Shown: positions 41,346 through 57,388 of the stretch, in pieces
How positions within the stretch are numbered: position 1 is the stretch's first letter
Layout: each line of letters opens with the position of its first letter
Origin: Eledone cirrhosa
Taxonomy: Eukaryota
Direction: 5' to 3'
Assembly (NCBI GenBank): GCA_964016885.1
Contig: OZ024742.1
Location: 329,530,001 to 329,594,000, forward strand
DNA length: 64,000 bases
Notes under the pieces: model-generated
What the model saw: only the letters and a program-made list of their open reading frames with translations
Told to the model about the DNA's origin: nothing
Databases searched by the model: none
Made by a program: the position numbers and the translations under genes

Positions 41346-42034
41346 GGGGATTTCTTTCTTCGTTTCTGTGCCTTTCCTTTCTTCTATCCTACGCCATTTT
41401 GTTTGTGTGTGGGTTGCGTGCTCAGTTTGCGCATGCTAAGATGTACTGAAGGACAATGTAGAACCAAAAATGTAGTGTACATAGGTGAGACAGCTCGTAG
41501 TATAGGGGAACGAATAAATGAACACTGGCGAGACCTCCAAGATAGTAAAGAATCATCTGTGCTCTACCAACATGCTAAGATAGAACACAGGGGTAAATTA
41601 GAGAGCATAGAAATAAAAATAGAATCCACACACAAGAAAGACGCAATGTTTAGGCAAATTACAGAGGCAGTAAGCATAAAAGAATTAAAACCAAAATTAA
41701 ATAGAAAATATGAGTGGAACAGCAACATCACAACTTACAATTAAGGACAAAATGAAAACACACACACACATAGAACAAACAACTTACAATTGAAAACACA
41801 CACAAGACAAAATGAAAACACACACACACATAGAACAAAGAACCAACCAACAATAAATAAATAAATAAACAAACAAATAGAAAAATATAAATAGAAAAAT
41901 AGAAAAATGAACACAAACACACACACAGACACCCGGATGTGGCGCATGCGCAAACTGAGCACGCAACCCACACACAAACAAAATGGCGTAGGATAGAAGA
42001 AAGGAAAGGCACAGAAACGAAGAAAGAAATCCCC

Positions 42035-42079
42035 AGTCACTGAAGAGGTCACAGAGTGTGTGACGAAAGAACTATGACT
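42035..42079 (+). ncRNA. Minimal hammerhead (group B2)
   Basis: AGTCA-CTGAAGA-G-GTCACA(GAGTG)TGTGAC-GAA-AGAACT-A-TGACT. Confidence 0.85.
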
Positions 42080-42318
42080 ATATATATATAAACAACTATC
42101 TGGTTGTGGAACCAACCAACCAACCAGAAATTTATAAATTTATAAATTTGTAAACTTATAAATTTGTAAATTTGTAAATATTTAATAAATTAAATTGAAG
42201 TGAAAGCAACTGGTGCGTGTGTTTCTTATTGGCAACATGACCCTCCCAAAGTATAACAATATCGGTTTCAACACACGATTTCAGATAAAGAATCTTGCTA
42301 AACAAATTCAGAAACGAA

Positions 42319-42358
<40 letters not shown>

Positions 42359-42369
42359 ACATATGTGTT

Positions 42370-42404
<35 letters not shown>

Positions 42405-43769
42405 GTATGTATATATACACATATTTATACATATAAAACATTTTTGAAGCTTGTTTGAAGCATTGTTGAATAGGAAACACAAATTTAAATAATTTTGAAA
42501 ACCAAACAATACACTAGAAAGACAATTACATCGCTAAGATAACAGGAGATTCTCACCTTAGCAAATTGAATGATCCCATATATTTTCGGCTTTAAAAAGT
42601 GGTTGGATTAGACTTGATTGTTTGGAGTACAGATTTAACTTAAATTTTGAACTTGCGCGTTGTGAAATTTATGATATATGCAAGTGTGTGCATGAATGTA
42701 AATATGCTTAGTAGGATGTTTGTATGTGTGTGCATGAATGTAAGTTTATGTAGTGAACGGTGTGTGCTGATATATATATATAATAAAACGGGAAAAGTAT
42801 GTGTGTGTGTGAGTCTAAGTGTGTTTGCATAGTGAGGGCATATATTTACTTTGAAGGAAAGAAAGAAACTGGCCGCTGTGATGTTGGAATACACGCTTTT
42901 AAATCAGTATGTAAATTAGACTAATCAGTAAATTGATACGATAACATCTGGAAGAAAACTTCAAGAAGTACAGGAAAGGATAAAACAATTATTTGACCGG
43001 TTATTTTAGATGTGAAATAGAGTTAATTTCAATTCTGAAATCATTATGCTCGTCAGCAGATTGGTAAATATGTTTGAAGAAGAAACACAACCGCGTTTGA
43101 TGACGTGGAGAAAAAAGATGAATAGCACTTTGATATGAATTTCATATATTTTAAGATTGCTGCATGTGAAAAGATGATATTGATTTATATGAATTATGAT
43201 GTTAAGAGAAATTGCATGCCCTGTAGGTATATTTCATTCTATAGATATCATCACTTTGTCAATTTATTTCTAGAACGCAGATTCTGAATAAAATATAGAT
43301 TGCACAATGGTCAAAATTTCATATCACAAATTTCATTCCTCATTCAAAGATAGACTATATACAAACATACTTATAGATATAGAAACAAAAATAGTAATAA
43401 TGATTTCTTTATTAACCACAAAAGTGCTTACAAAAAATACATTATGGACAGCACAGGACGGTACAAGGCGTTACAAATATGGGTTTCTGCGTCTATAAAA
43501 AAAAATAAAACAAAGGATGTAACTAAATAAATCGAAACAGAAGAAGATTACACAATAGAGGGTGAAATTGCGAGTGTCCTTATGAAGAAAGCCCCCACAA
43601 AGCCATGGTAACACTGACCACCAGGGCAGATGCCCTCTCTGGATCTCTACCTTCAGTCTACAGGCTCACATTCAGAACTGGCCCATGAACTAGTACCGTG
43701 GTCGCTTCTGTAAGGCACCTTTCAATAAATTACTTTGAAGACAGCACATCTCTCTCTACCCTAATTTCC

Positions 43770-44200
43770 CCCCTTAAGTGGAACCTGAAAAATTAATCGG
43801 GGCTTCTCCAAATAGAAAAATGCTCGTCTTCAAACCTTTCAAGCATGTGGACCATACAAACTGTTTCACTATGGCCACAAGACACATATGCACGATATAT
43901 CAAGGAGAGAGGCTGACGGGTTCTCCAACAACTGGAATGTGCATACAAAACAGCAACCATTGAATTGGATAGCTACCTCCACCGCACCCGAGACGAACTT
44001 CTTAAGCCTGTAATTACGCATGAACGAATTAAGAAACTATTCTCAATAACAAATGAGATAAGCACATTTAGGCAAAAACTGAACATGGAACAAGACATAT
44101 CCATAGAAAATCAACAACAGAGTGCTGCACAACTTGGTATGACAGTGAAGATCAAAGCAAAGAAATTCCAAACAGAGGTACTAAACCGCGAATGAAACAA
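43770..44200 (+). pseudogene. R4/Dong-like non-LTR retrotransposon, post-RT region
   Basis: ..DSYLHRTRDELLKPVITHERIKKLFSI..IKAKK.. resembles the R4-clade region downstream of RT; frameshifted. Confidence 0.55.
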
Positions 44201-44376
44201 CTACATGCTTTTTATCTTTATGGGGTCGATAAATAAAGTATCGGTAATGCACTGGGGTCGATTTGATCGACTTTTCCCCTCCCCCCAAAAGATGCTGGTC
44301 TTGTGCCTAAAGTATGAATAATAATTATTATTAATGTCGTTGTGTTGTTTCGTTTAGCTCAGTTCTCTTTCTCTGT

Positions 44377-44966
44377 TGCCGGGTTCAGGCTTTGAACCTA
44401 TAGCACCAGATGTGTTTAATGTAAATAGATAACTAGTATGAGAATATGTGCTGTTCCTAATAGCCCGATCTTATGTAGCTCATCTTTTCTGATCTTACAG
44501 GGCAGAACGCTAATATGAAGGCCTGATGATTTGGTATTAATGCTAAGCTCCTATTACCACAGGGATAGTGTTTGAGTCATCATCCCCAAATGTTTGATCT
44601 CTATTTCCAGGTCTTTGTATTTTGACAGTTTTTCTATTGTTTTTATAGACGTATTCTTGTCAACTCGTGAGGAAACATCTACAAAGCTACATGTCCGATT
44701 TGTTTTGCTTTTATGGTGATATCTGGTCTGTTGTGATAGATTTCTTGGTCGGTTATCACAGGCATATCCCACAAGATGGATATGTTGCCCTTTTCCATGA
44801 CTGTTTTTGGTTAATATTCATACCATTTGTCAGAAGATTCGATGTCATAAGAGTGGCAGAGCATACTGTCCCCATATTTGGCGATGAGGTTGTGTCGTAC
44901 TATATAGTCAGTTTTTGTCATTTCTGGAAAAACATGATCTATCTTTTCATGGTTGAAATATTGAAC
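44377..44966 (-). pseudogene. R4/Dong-like restriction-like endonuclease domain (inverted relative to 43770-44200)
   Basis: YIVRHN, KWYEY, ILWDMPVITD..HNRPDI, VDVS..EKLSKYKDLEIE, IPVVIGA. Confidence 0.8.
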
Positions 44967-45031
44967 CACAGAGAAAGAGAACTGAGCTTAACGAAACAAC
45001 ACAACGACATTAATAATAATAATTATTTTTA

Positions 45032-45190
45032 GTTTAGGCACAAGACCAGCATACTTTGGGGCGACGCGAAGTCAATCAAATCGATCCCAGTGCATTACCG
45101 ATACTTTATATATCGACCCCATAAAGATAAAAGGCAAAGCTAACCTCGGTGGAATTTGAACTCTGAAAGTAAAGAGCCATAATCTATCGA
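45032..45190 (-). mobile_element. SINE fragment (inverted partner at 44207-44311)
   Basis: Same SINE body as 20689 and 24178. Confidence 0.75.
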
Positions 45191-47706
45191 TTCTGCCAAG
45201 CCTCTGAGGACAATTACATGCAATATTATATGTAGATGAAATAATAACTCTCGGTGCTGCAATCACGAGTGAACGAAAGAGGTTGGTCAGGGCCCTCACG
45301 CAAAGGAGACACTATGAACATGGTTTAATTTAAAGAAGTCACTTTTCTTTCATGTAATTTTTTCCTGAATATTTAGAATATCCGCGCAAACACGGGAGAG
45401 AAACTTATATGTCTCACAATTCTGACAACTTGTTAATCCGGAAAAGGGGCATACGCTTCCAAATACTGGAAATGTCATCTATTCTTTTCATCATCTCAAT
45501 GTCAATAATTGTTGTGCCTATACAATAAATGTAGTCAATTCTCACTCTAACATTTAGGCATTGTCTCTTTCGCTGGAAGAAATTGATTGTTTCCATGCTG
45601 GAAATGATAGACACCATCATATTTAAAGTTACGCTCTATATTACGACACTAACCTTATGTCTATATCAGTATATCAAAAGCCCATGGATCACTGGATGTG
45701 ATACATTCTTTATTCCACAATCAGAATGACGCCTTAGATAGTATTCTAACGTGTGGTTTCGTTAGAGTGTCATCATATAGCGAGTAAGAATATCATTCGC
45801 AGAAGGAAATATAATGCTGTAGTTTCATTCTGTTCGACAATAAAAGTGATAGAAATTCGTTATTTCTAATTGGTCTCATATCTTAAAAATGTTGAATCAA
45901 TAGAGATGTAATTAGTGCAAGAGCATTGGAAATTTAGCGACAACAGATCCAGACATTAGGAAACAAAAGAAACGACATTCTTTTTTCTTTGCCTTTCATT
46001 AAAAAATAAATCATTAAAAAAAATGTTACACGATTATAAAGAATTTAATAATGGACTATAAAACAGAAATTGAATAATCAAATTAAATATATTGAATGAA
46101 GAATGAATTGTATAAATCAATAATTATGAATATAAAAATGTTTCTGTTAGAAACAACAAACGTTCCAAGAAGAAATGTAAAAAAAAAAAAAGTTATTGAA
46201 AGAGATACAGAAATAAAACTAACATTTAACAATGTCCATACACCCAATTTTGTTTTTTGTTACTTTATTTTGTTCGATTTATCATTTGTCACGTTGTTTC
46301 ATTTTTGAAAGAAATGACCATCATCATCATCATTATTGTTATAATTATTATTGTTGTTTTTCTCTGAACGATACACCACGGCTAATTACGCTCCGAAAGC
46401 TTTGTGTGTCCATCCATTTATATTTGTTTTTATTGTTTGTTTTAGAATGTTGGTAAGAAACATACGGCCTCGGTTATTACCCTGTAGAAAGAACTTCTCA
46501 GAAAATTTGAGCCCCGGCCTAAAATATATGAACTTTAAATTTGAAATTGTGCTAATTTGTTTTATTGTAAAAAAAAAAGGAGGTGACACCCTTGTCAAAC
46601 TCCTGCCTAGGCGGAAAAAATTCTCGTAAAACGTTTGTTTACGAAGGTGGATACTCTCAAGAAACTTTATGATATTATTTGTCAAATGCAAAAATTTCCC
46701 GTGTGCGAGGCAACATGTTTAAGCTGGTATTTCTAATGTTACCGAATGTGGAGATGCAATATATTTTTTAGGAACCACAAGCTATGAGGATGTAAATATA
46801 TTCAACAATAAAAGCATTTATCAGTTCATTTTTTTGCCTCTTGTAATTCTTTTCTCTCTCCAGTTCTTGTTTATTTTTTCTAAATATATAAAATTGTTAT
46901 TCTCTCATGGCTTGCCAACGTTATATTCATGTTTAAATTCATTAAAGGAATGAATACAAAAAATGCATTAAATTCGTGAATTCGTGATTCTGTTATCAAT
47001 GCTGTTTAACAAAATTAGTGTAATGGAGCTGATAGAGATAGCAATAAATGTAACGATGTCCACATCAATAATAAGTATATTGATGAGAATAATAATACAC
47101 GTCATTTTATAAGTATGGCATTAGTATCATATATATTACGACAACATTGTAATGAATTATATACGTTCTCAGAAACATACTGAAAAGTGAATATGACTCG
47201 AGACATTCTTATCACACATATACTCAGTCAAATATGTATATAAACACTTCTCCCTGAGACGAATCCACAACATACACACGTCCACATACATACCTACATC
47301 AACATACATCGTACATACATTTTTATCCACAAGTATCCCATACGGCAGGGCTTAATGGATTCCTTTGCAGTACGTACAATCTGGACACACTCACACACAC
47401 CTTAGTGTTATGACAATACTATACATCATTTCACCTCTTTTATTATTGAATATTCACGTGACTTCTACCGACCAATCAAAAGTGTAATGCTTATTCACGT
47501 GACATTCAACAACCAACCAAATCACGAACGCTCTATCTCAAAATTATTTTTGAAAAGCATTTGAAATCCGCAACCGGTAAAATGTTAAAACTAACACTGA
47601 ATACTAACCATTACTTATTACTAATTTATACTTATATATACTTATTCCTAATTAAACTATTTTTCACTGGAAAAAATCTGTCAGCATTTTCTTTTCCTTT
47701 TTACTA

Positions 47707-47940
<234 letters not shown>

Positions 47941-49509
47941 GGGGTGTGTGTATAGTACCAGGAACAACACAGAAAAAATAATAGGCATGAATAAGTGGAC
48001 AGAAAGAGAAATATATGCGTACTCTGTGTTCAATATTTAATATATGTTTCTGTACAACTACTTAACCGTCTACGTCTACACCCACTGACCGCATTATACA
48101 ATGTTCAATCGTATGCTTTAAAAGAGAGGAAGAAAAGAAATTGGTTATACTCCTTTGTGTGTGTACCACATTTCTGCAAAAAAATATTACATACGGCTGT
48201 AAAAGCTAAAGTAAAAATCATTGGTTTATAGAGAAATTCAGAATCCAACTACAATATACAATTGACAAGAATAGTAGACAAAAATAGTAATCAAAAATAA
48301 TAAATAAAGAATACGTTCACGAATTACAATAACTATACCAATTATAGATACTAAATTTGTAAGAGTGGGGAGGCATTACAATCGAGATAACTATTAGTGT
48401 TAATAGTATAGTGAGTTTAGAAAGAGGAAGGAATATGGCTGGTCAAGATACCTACTAAATTCATAGATTGTGGAGAGGGGAAGAAGGGGGGGGGGGATAA
48501 AATAGAAAAAAAAATGTGGCCGAAGTGACCAGAAATGTTAAGATATTTTTGAAAGGGGCGAGGAGAAAATTATTAGATTCTATATCAAAAGAAATGAACA
48601 ACACAAGGGACAAGTGGGCGCCGAGAGGAATAAAGGCGGTGAGAAAGGGGGTGTAAGGGGTGTGTAATTCAAGAAGAGTGGAAAGAGAGACAAGACGTAA
48701 GACATACGAAATTAGAGTAATTTAATTTGGATTATTGATGCTCTGGGCAAATATTCATTGAGATTTTCCATCTCGGCCTAATAGATATGATATATGTTGT
48801 GATACCTTTAATTATTATATAACTGCTGCTCATACGATAATTGAGGGATAAGTTGTGTGTTTTAAAATCAAGTTCATTTTCTTAACGTGGCAGTACCCGT
48901 ATAGGCTACGATCAAAAGTAACAGGACGGAACTGATACATGAGCAAATGGTCATCACGTATTGAAGATTTAGCTTTGTTGGAAATTTAGTTCATGCGCAT
49001 GGCAGTCAAATTGTTGGACACATGATTATAGACCTTTGAGCGGTGAATTGTGCACTCGATGCTTCATTTAAAGTTTGTTTCTATTGAATACTCTGTGCAC
49101 CGTGTCATAAAAACAAGTGGCAATCACGCTAGTGCAAACATCCTCACACGTGGCCAACTAAAAGACCATATATCTGAGTTTAAATTTCACTTTTCATTAT
49201 ATTCCATGAATACACTTTTAGATATTGACTTTATAATTCAAGATATATGAACAGTATTCTTGTGTGGCTATCACTTATGGTTTATACAAAAAGGGGTGTT
49301 GTATAACAAAATTAATCGTATTACACTAGCTGTCATCCTATATAGATGTATTATATTAAAGTGCTTTGTAGACGGCATAGAAGGACATGATTAGCGTAAA
49401 CAATGGATTAGTGTTTTTCTACAAATTTTACACAAGATACATTAAAGCAGATTTCGGGTAATCTCTCTCCCTGTTAGTTTTATTGAATTTTGTTGTATAT
49501 CTGGCCATG

Positions 49510-49702
<193 letters not shown>

Positions 49703-49861
49703 ATGTGTGCATGCTTGCGGAAATAAATGATTGTGCATGGATTCAAATGAAATAATGTACAAGGGATAAAGTTAAGAAAGGGACAGAAGTGTCAGATATG
49801 GAAAGAGAGAGCAAGAGAGAGATAGAGACAGAGAGAGAGAGACAGAGGGAGAGAGAGAAGG

Positions 49862-49917
<56 letters not shown>

Positions 49918-50184
49918 TTGGGGGAGAATATGAGTGTAGACGAATGGAATTTATACATAGTGGAAAATATAATTCTGTTCGAAAACACTGTCGTATTTGT
50001 GGCTCATTCTTTTGTCGCTGTCTCTTTATATTTGTCTTATATGGTGGTTATGCGCAAGAGAGTCTAATATTTGTGTTGCGCATACATCTATAACTTACTA
50101 TGGAGTTGCCTCCATTAGATAATGGGAAATATATTACAAATGTATAAGTAAGTTGTGTATGGGTGCGTATGAAAGTAAGATATG

Positions 50185-51712
50185 TGGGCTCTCAGAAGTA
50201 TCCGCCTCCAATTGAGTCGTCTGCATCCACCAGCAAGATCAGTTTACCACATGGATATTATCCATCCGGATTGCAAGGGTTCTAACTGCCCTGTCCGCTG
50301 CCTATGTTTTCTGCGTTTGTCTCCTTAGATATTCTACCAACATTTCACTACTCCCAGGGCTGATATTTCAACTACGCATTCTAAAATAACGTATTACTTC
50401 GCGCATTACTCAAGAGTGGCACGAATGTTATATTGAAAATGTCATGTTTGGATTTTACACCGACCTACCTTCTTCTGATGAACAAATGCTGAAGCTGGTG
50501 CATTACTGTACGACCTCCTGTAATGCTTATACTTAATTCAGCCTTCTGCTTTCCATAACTCGTGAACTCCACTCACGTGTAGAGTCTACTGCGCAAAATT
50601 CCTTGACAGGACGAGGGTCATAGACATTGTATTACTGATTTCGATTCCGTTTGTGCAACACAGGTCAGCAAGTGGATATCGGATACCACCTTCTTACGAT
50701 TTACGTAATGCCATGTCGTCCATAAATCGAAGCCAACTGATCCTAAACCCGCCAGTATCAATACCACATCCAACCCGGTTGCGCATGTCAATCATATCTG
50801 AAGATTATGAAGAGCTGACTTGATGGTAACCACCTTGTTGGAGGCCGATACCCACATTGAATGTTTTAGACCTAGCAGCGTTTATCGAAACACAAAAACT
50901 AAGACATTCATATAGCAACATCATGGCAAAAAGAAACTGTCCATCTATACCATACGCCTGCAAAACCTTTTATAATGAGACACGTGGCATAGATTATACC
51001 AGGAATGATTAACAAGAAGATACCTCTTTGACTGGACCAGCGACTCTCGTCTTCATATTTAAAATTGGTATTATCATTCCTGATTTCCATGGCTTGGACT
51101 CCATTACAGCGATCCAGGCCACCCCGTTCACACGTGTCTTCCAGAAAGGGACTTCTCTGTTAAACATCTCGTGTCGAATTTCATCGTCCCCGGAGGCCTT
51201 ATTATATATGACCTCTTTAATTGGTATTGTAACTTCAAATTTCGAGAGGTTAGTCAACGCTCCCAGATACACTACATACACATCAGAACAGGCTGTTGTG
51301 ACCAGATTTAAGAGATCAGCCAATTATTCTCTCAAAATCACCACGATTCACCTTTCTGAAGACAGGAGACCCACACATGCGTTCCTGTGAGACTTCTTAT
51401 TACGATTTTGGCTGATACACTGCCATAATTCTTTATTTGCTGAGTCGAAGTCGGAATCTAGATCATCCTCTAACTCCTCTGCTATTTTAACTATGGTCGG
51501 TTTTACTGTAACTGCTGTGACCTTTCTTGCCTTCTTGTACCGCAAATGCAAAGATAACTTATTTCTAAGGCATGCTTTGTAAGCGTCTTTCTTTGCTCAG
51601 ATGTGATCACTGAAGACGTCATTGAACCAACGGTTCTTCATTCCACCTGACGCCACACCAAGAAGATTTCGTACGCAGCATTTAACAGCTGTAGCAAGAA
51701 TTGCCGAGTTGA
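50185..51712 (-). pseudogene. Decayed RTE-like LINE reverse transcriptase and 3' end
   Basis: KASGDDEIRHEM, WKSGMIIPI, RGIFLLIIPGIIYA, GLQQG, LRFMDDMA (motif C) on the minus strand. Confidence 0.8.
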
Positions 51713-51910
51713 AATCTAACAGAGCAGAGACAATAACAAAGTGAGTTATTGAGCACTTTCCCCGTTATCATTTATAACATATATATATTCGAATGTATTT
51801 CTGCTAGAAGTTTGTATGTATAGGAGATGAGATTTTCCAGCAGATGTTTAGAATTTGTGATATTTACATCTTTACCAGATGTTCACCACTTAAAATATGT
51901 ACAGGTTCTA

Positions 51911-51977
<67 letters not shown>

Positions 51978-52569
51978 AGTGTGTGTGTGTGCGTGTGCCC
52001 GCGCGCGTGTGAGTGTTTTTGTGTGTGTGTGTATAAAGATAAATTCCAGACAAACATTATTGGTGGAATCGTGAAAAATAGTCAGACAGCATATTTGCAA
52101 AATTTACTATGACGCTACACCTCATGGTTCAAATCTTGTATACTTCTAATAGGCATATATTGTCAGATCACAATAGAAACATTGCAGTAAGTATTGCTTA
52201 GTTCGTAGTTATTATGTTTATTAGTGGTAAATGCTTATGGTTAATGTTGAGAAACTCTTCATAATAATTGCATTCTCCCTGCTTAATACTGAAATAGAAT
52301 TCACTATGTTAAATGAATTCTACGATAAATATCCACTAAAAATGATGATTAATGGTGTTATCAATATGTTAGATAACAAAAATTGACGTTTATATCATAG
52401 TCGTAGTGGTGACAACAACTATTATAGAAATTGGTTCACTACCAAGTGGTTTTGTCGTCAGTTCCATGGGATGGCACCTCGTTCTGCAGTAGCGTATGTT
52501 GGCCAATGAATTGTCCGTGATATTCGAGAGGCAGAAATTCCAGAACCCCTTCAATTATAAATAAGTAAA

Positions 52570-52935
<366 letters not shown>

Positions 52936-53038
52936 ATTTACTCCAATCCTTTGTTGAGTGCTTTATATCAGTTATACAAATATTTTGCTTGTATCCCAAC
53001 AAATTAAATATAACCTCTCTCTACTCACACACACACAC

Positions 53039-53447
<409 letters not shown>

Positions 53448-53652
53448 TCCTGAGTTCAGTTTTTTAAGTTGCTATGGCAATGCGGCCAGACTGTCGGTCG
53501 CTATATTTGATTTGCAAAGCTGTCTAAACGTATTGTTATACCTCTGGGGTAATATTCTCCATCGAGTTCTAAGCTACATTCCGAATCTGTATTCGTTAGC
53601 TTGGCCGCAGCCAAAAGCTTCGTTGATGGTGTACTAAAATGTATATATATAT

Positions 53653-53702
<50 letters not shown>

Positions 53703-54299
53703 GTACACACAACCCAGTGTCTTTGTTTATGTTTCATAAATGTTTGACAAAAGAAATTTAAGACGAGGGTCGATATAATCAATTAAATCCCCTGAAGGCG
53801 CTGTTGCAATCTAATGACGGAGGCCAGAACAAGATAGAAATAGTAAATACAAAGTCTAGATTGTAGCAGCCAGTTAAGAAGTTAAACAAAATATTAGTTA
53901 AAACACGTAGGTATATGTAAACAGAAAACTAATTATACACTGGGTTAATATTGATTATTTAATAGGTTACGAAGTTAATTTAATTTCTAATTCAAAACAA
54001 GAATTATATAAATCTGAATATAAGTACTAAGATATATATCTAATTACTTCAGTAGGGTGGCATATGTAAATTTAGAATACACTAAAACACACAGTGTGTG
54101 TGTGTGTGTGTGTGTATGTGTGTACTTTGTCTGAATTTGCGTTGCTGTTACTTTAAATACCCGGCAATTCTAGAGATACAGATAGAGATAAAATGCGTAT
54201 CATATCTAAAGATATACGCCTTGGATTTGATATGAGCAACTAAAATATTTTAAGCCGTTGCCTATAATTATTCAATGACTAAAGTCATGAAAAGAAATC

Positions 54300-54577
54300 G
54301 GCAGGGTGAGTTCCATTCTCGGACTGGGTGATGCGTTGTGTCCTTGAGGAAAATACTTTATTTTGTTTTGCTCTAGATTACTCAGCTGTAGAAATACTGG
54401 CAAGCTGTATGCACCCTTCGACAACATCGGTAGTGTGTAATGGGGAAGCTGGCATGCATGGCTGACTGCTGCTCTTCAACAAATAACCTTTCCCGGGTTT
54501 GTGCCTACGAGGGGATCTTTATATGTGCAATATCCCATGGTCATTTTTGACTTAAGGGGTTTTTTACTCACACCTTT
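54300..54577 (+). mobile_element. Second SINE family (B-box-like GAGTTCCATTCTC..GTTGTGTCCTTGAG..); its 3' end is duplicated in inverted orientation at 54875-54945
   Basis: tRNA-SINE-like head followed by TTGTGTCCTTGAG and ACTCAGCTGT motifs; inverted partial copy. Confidence 0.55.
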
Positions 54578-54809
54578 ATATATATAGGAGCAGTTTAGGT
54601 ATGATACATTTTATTACTAATTATATCTAAATGTTTCTTCTCTCTTCATAATGTATTTTTAACTCTGATACTGGTTCAGTCTAGTTCAACCGGATTGGTC
54701 CGTCCCAGTCATTCATTGAGCAACATCGGTGAAGTTGGCACCCTTAACTCACGGTTGGGTGCGGATGCATTCATGTATATGTGTGTGTCCGCATGTATCT
54801 GTGTGTTTC

Positions 54810-54877
<68 letters not shown>

Positions 54878-55028
54878 TATGAGTAAAAAAACCCTTTGGT
54901 CAAATGTGACCATGGGATTTTGCACATATAAAGTTCCCCTCGTATAAATATATATATATATATAATATGAGTATTGACGATAGAGCATAGAATGGCTCCC
55001 GTGTGAATAGACTCAACGGATATAATTG

Positions 55029-55435
55029 TTTCTACTTAAGGCACAAGGCCAGCAATTAATCCAGTGTATTACTGTTTCTTTATTTTATAGACCCCGTAAG
55101 GATGAATGGCAAAGTTAACCTCGGCGGGATATGAACTCTGACCATAAAGGGCCTTAACTATTTGTTGCAAAGCATGGCGTCCGACATATAATAATAGTCA
55201 ACAATACCTATATAAAACTGGAGGATTTAATTAATAAAATTGTAATAGTCACCCATAGCAGGCGGTTTCTGCAGGAATAAAATTCTATTAACCTGCATTC
55301 ACATGCATATCAATAGCCGGAGGAAATATAAATGTTTCTACGTTAGGCACAAGGCCAGCAATTGCCCAGTGCATTACTGGTACTTCATTTTATCGACCCC
55401 GTAAGGATGAAAGACAAAGTTAACCTCGGGAGGAA
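55029..55435 (-). mobile_element. Two SINE fragments (55029-55185 and 55334-55435)
   Basis: AGGCACAAGGCCAGCAATT..GACCCCGTAAGGATGAA..AAAGTTAACCTCGG. Confidence 0.75.
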
Positions 55436-56676
55436 ATATAATGATGTATGTGTGTTAAAAGCCCAAACTTATATAATTCTTTTATTTAGCTGTATGCAAT
55501 AATTACTAACAATGTCTTATTTACTATTGCACATATTTTCTGTTCACTATCACATATATACGCCAACATTTCACTGCTTCTCTTTGTTCACACTTCCTTC
55601 ACACATTCTTCTATACAACATTCTCTTTGTCTTTCCATTCTCATTTATCGCTACTGCCTTCCAGCCTCTTGGTTTTTCTTTACTTCTATTCGTCTTCCTG
55701 TCTCCACGAGACTCCCCCTTCCCCCCTCTTTCTTTCTACTCTTTATATATCACATCTCCTCCTCGTGCATTTAAAATTACATGTTTTCTTTTTCATTAAT
55801 ACAATTTACATTTTTCCTTGTAATTATTATACAGTTAATTATCTCTCGTTAGAGATGACGCTGTCACCTTTTCTAAGTGTTGTAAAGCTGACCCCTGGAT
55901 CAAATATAATGTATCATGCTGTTATTATAAGTGGTGAATACAGCTATATTTTCAAGGAGATCAATTAAAAAGTCAAAACGGCAGTCGTTTTCTATTAATT
56001 AAGTACAACACCGTTCATTGTGTGTGGAATCAGCAAACTGCATACAATGCAAGAACACAAGGGAGTAAAAGAAACAAACTGAGTGGCCTACATGTGGAAG
56101 AGGAAATATATGGCAGCACAGTTCAGTAATTTTGACACCGCATTGTAATATTATGAGCAATTGCAATGTATATTTTCATGGCTCGCCTTATGATAAATAC
56201 GTTCGATTATGCAAACATACAGACATATACACAAATGCACACTCTCACACAGAGACACAAGCAAACATGCGCACACATACACACACAAACACACACTCGC
56301 TCGTATATAAAAAAGAGGAAAGCCAGCGATCTACACACTAAACTTTTGGAATATAGTATAGTTATCTTCAACACCATTTCGTTCTGCCACTGCTTTCCGA
56401 AAATTTAGCATTCGTGTTGTTGTATTGGTATATTTAATAACGCCATACGACACCAAATACAAATTGATAAAATATCCATGGACCCAGTACTCTTTATGTA
56501 TAATATCATAGTTTTCTTAATCACAATACGTTTCCTATAGGCAAACACCGTTAAAACAAAAGTATATATATATAGTAATAATAATAAATTTGAAGACGAA
56601 AATCCAAAGAGGGCTCGATAAGGATACATATATATAAAATATATAAGAACCGTAGAGAAAATATTTATTAAAATAA

Positions 56677-56750
56677 CAGATTAAAGTTTAAACAAAGAAT
56701 CGCTGCTTTCACCCTTAACAGGATCTTCTGAAACTAACAAAGTCAATCTG
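56677..56750 (-). ncRNA. Extended hammerhead with CAGAAGA core (group C)
   Basis: Minus strand: CAGATTGA-CTTTGTT-AGTTT-CAGAAGA-TCCT(GTTAA)GGGT-GAA-AGCAG..TTGTT-T-AAACT-TTAATCTG. Confidence 0.75.
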
Positions 56751-57353
56751 TGAACGCAGAAGTGAGTATTTAAAAGACTTTGCAACCGGAGGAAGACAGG
56801 AAGACGATACTTTGGTTCGTGGAAACGTTCCCTTGCAAAGAACACGAAAAAACGAAGATAATACGTCATTATTTGGATCGGTGAAAAACAATTACACGCA
56901 AAGACAAAATCACGTTTATGGTATTAAAAGGAGTCGTAGACTAATATTCTCTTAGGTGGTTCATAGAGACGTTCTCTGGCAATGAACGTAAAAAACGAAG
57001 ATAATACGTCATATGTGGAACGGGGAGAACAATTGCACGCACAGACAAAACCACGTAAATGTTATAACTGAAGTCGTAGACTAAAATTCTAACTAGAAAA
57101 CCGAATGATTCTCGGCTTCAGAGTTAAGAATAAAGTAAATAAAATACAGAGGTAATTGAAATTAAATAAATACATACACCCATCAAAATGCGTACATACA
57201 CAAGCATACGCGAAAACACTCGCCATATGTATACAAATACACGCACGTACACTAAAAAAAAAGACACCCGGACGCAGTTACAGAACACACGCAACGCCTG
57301 TACCCGCACGCATACGAAAGTATACACCAAATACACATAAAAATATATATAAA

Positions 57354-57388
<35 letters not shown>

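Larger units (their letters stand above)
41137..42319 (+). mobile_element. Young 5'-truncated PLE (group B2) with a 300-bp inverted terminal copy
   Basis: 41137-41436 inverts 41944-42260 almost exactly; EN fragment VYIGETARSIGERINEH..LNRKYEWN. Confidence 0.92.

Noticed and set aside
48720-49150. Possible very old GIY-YIG remnant on the minus strand (KSSIRDDHLL)
   Set aside because: Too few conserved residues in a consistent frame to support by eye
52425-52470. Minus-strand CTGACGA..GAAC motif
   Set aside because: GAAC rather than GAAA, and stems I and III are not convincing
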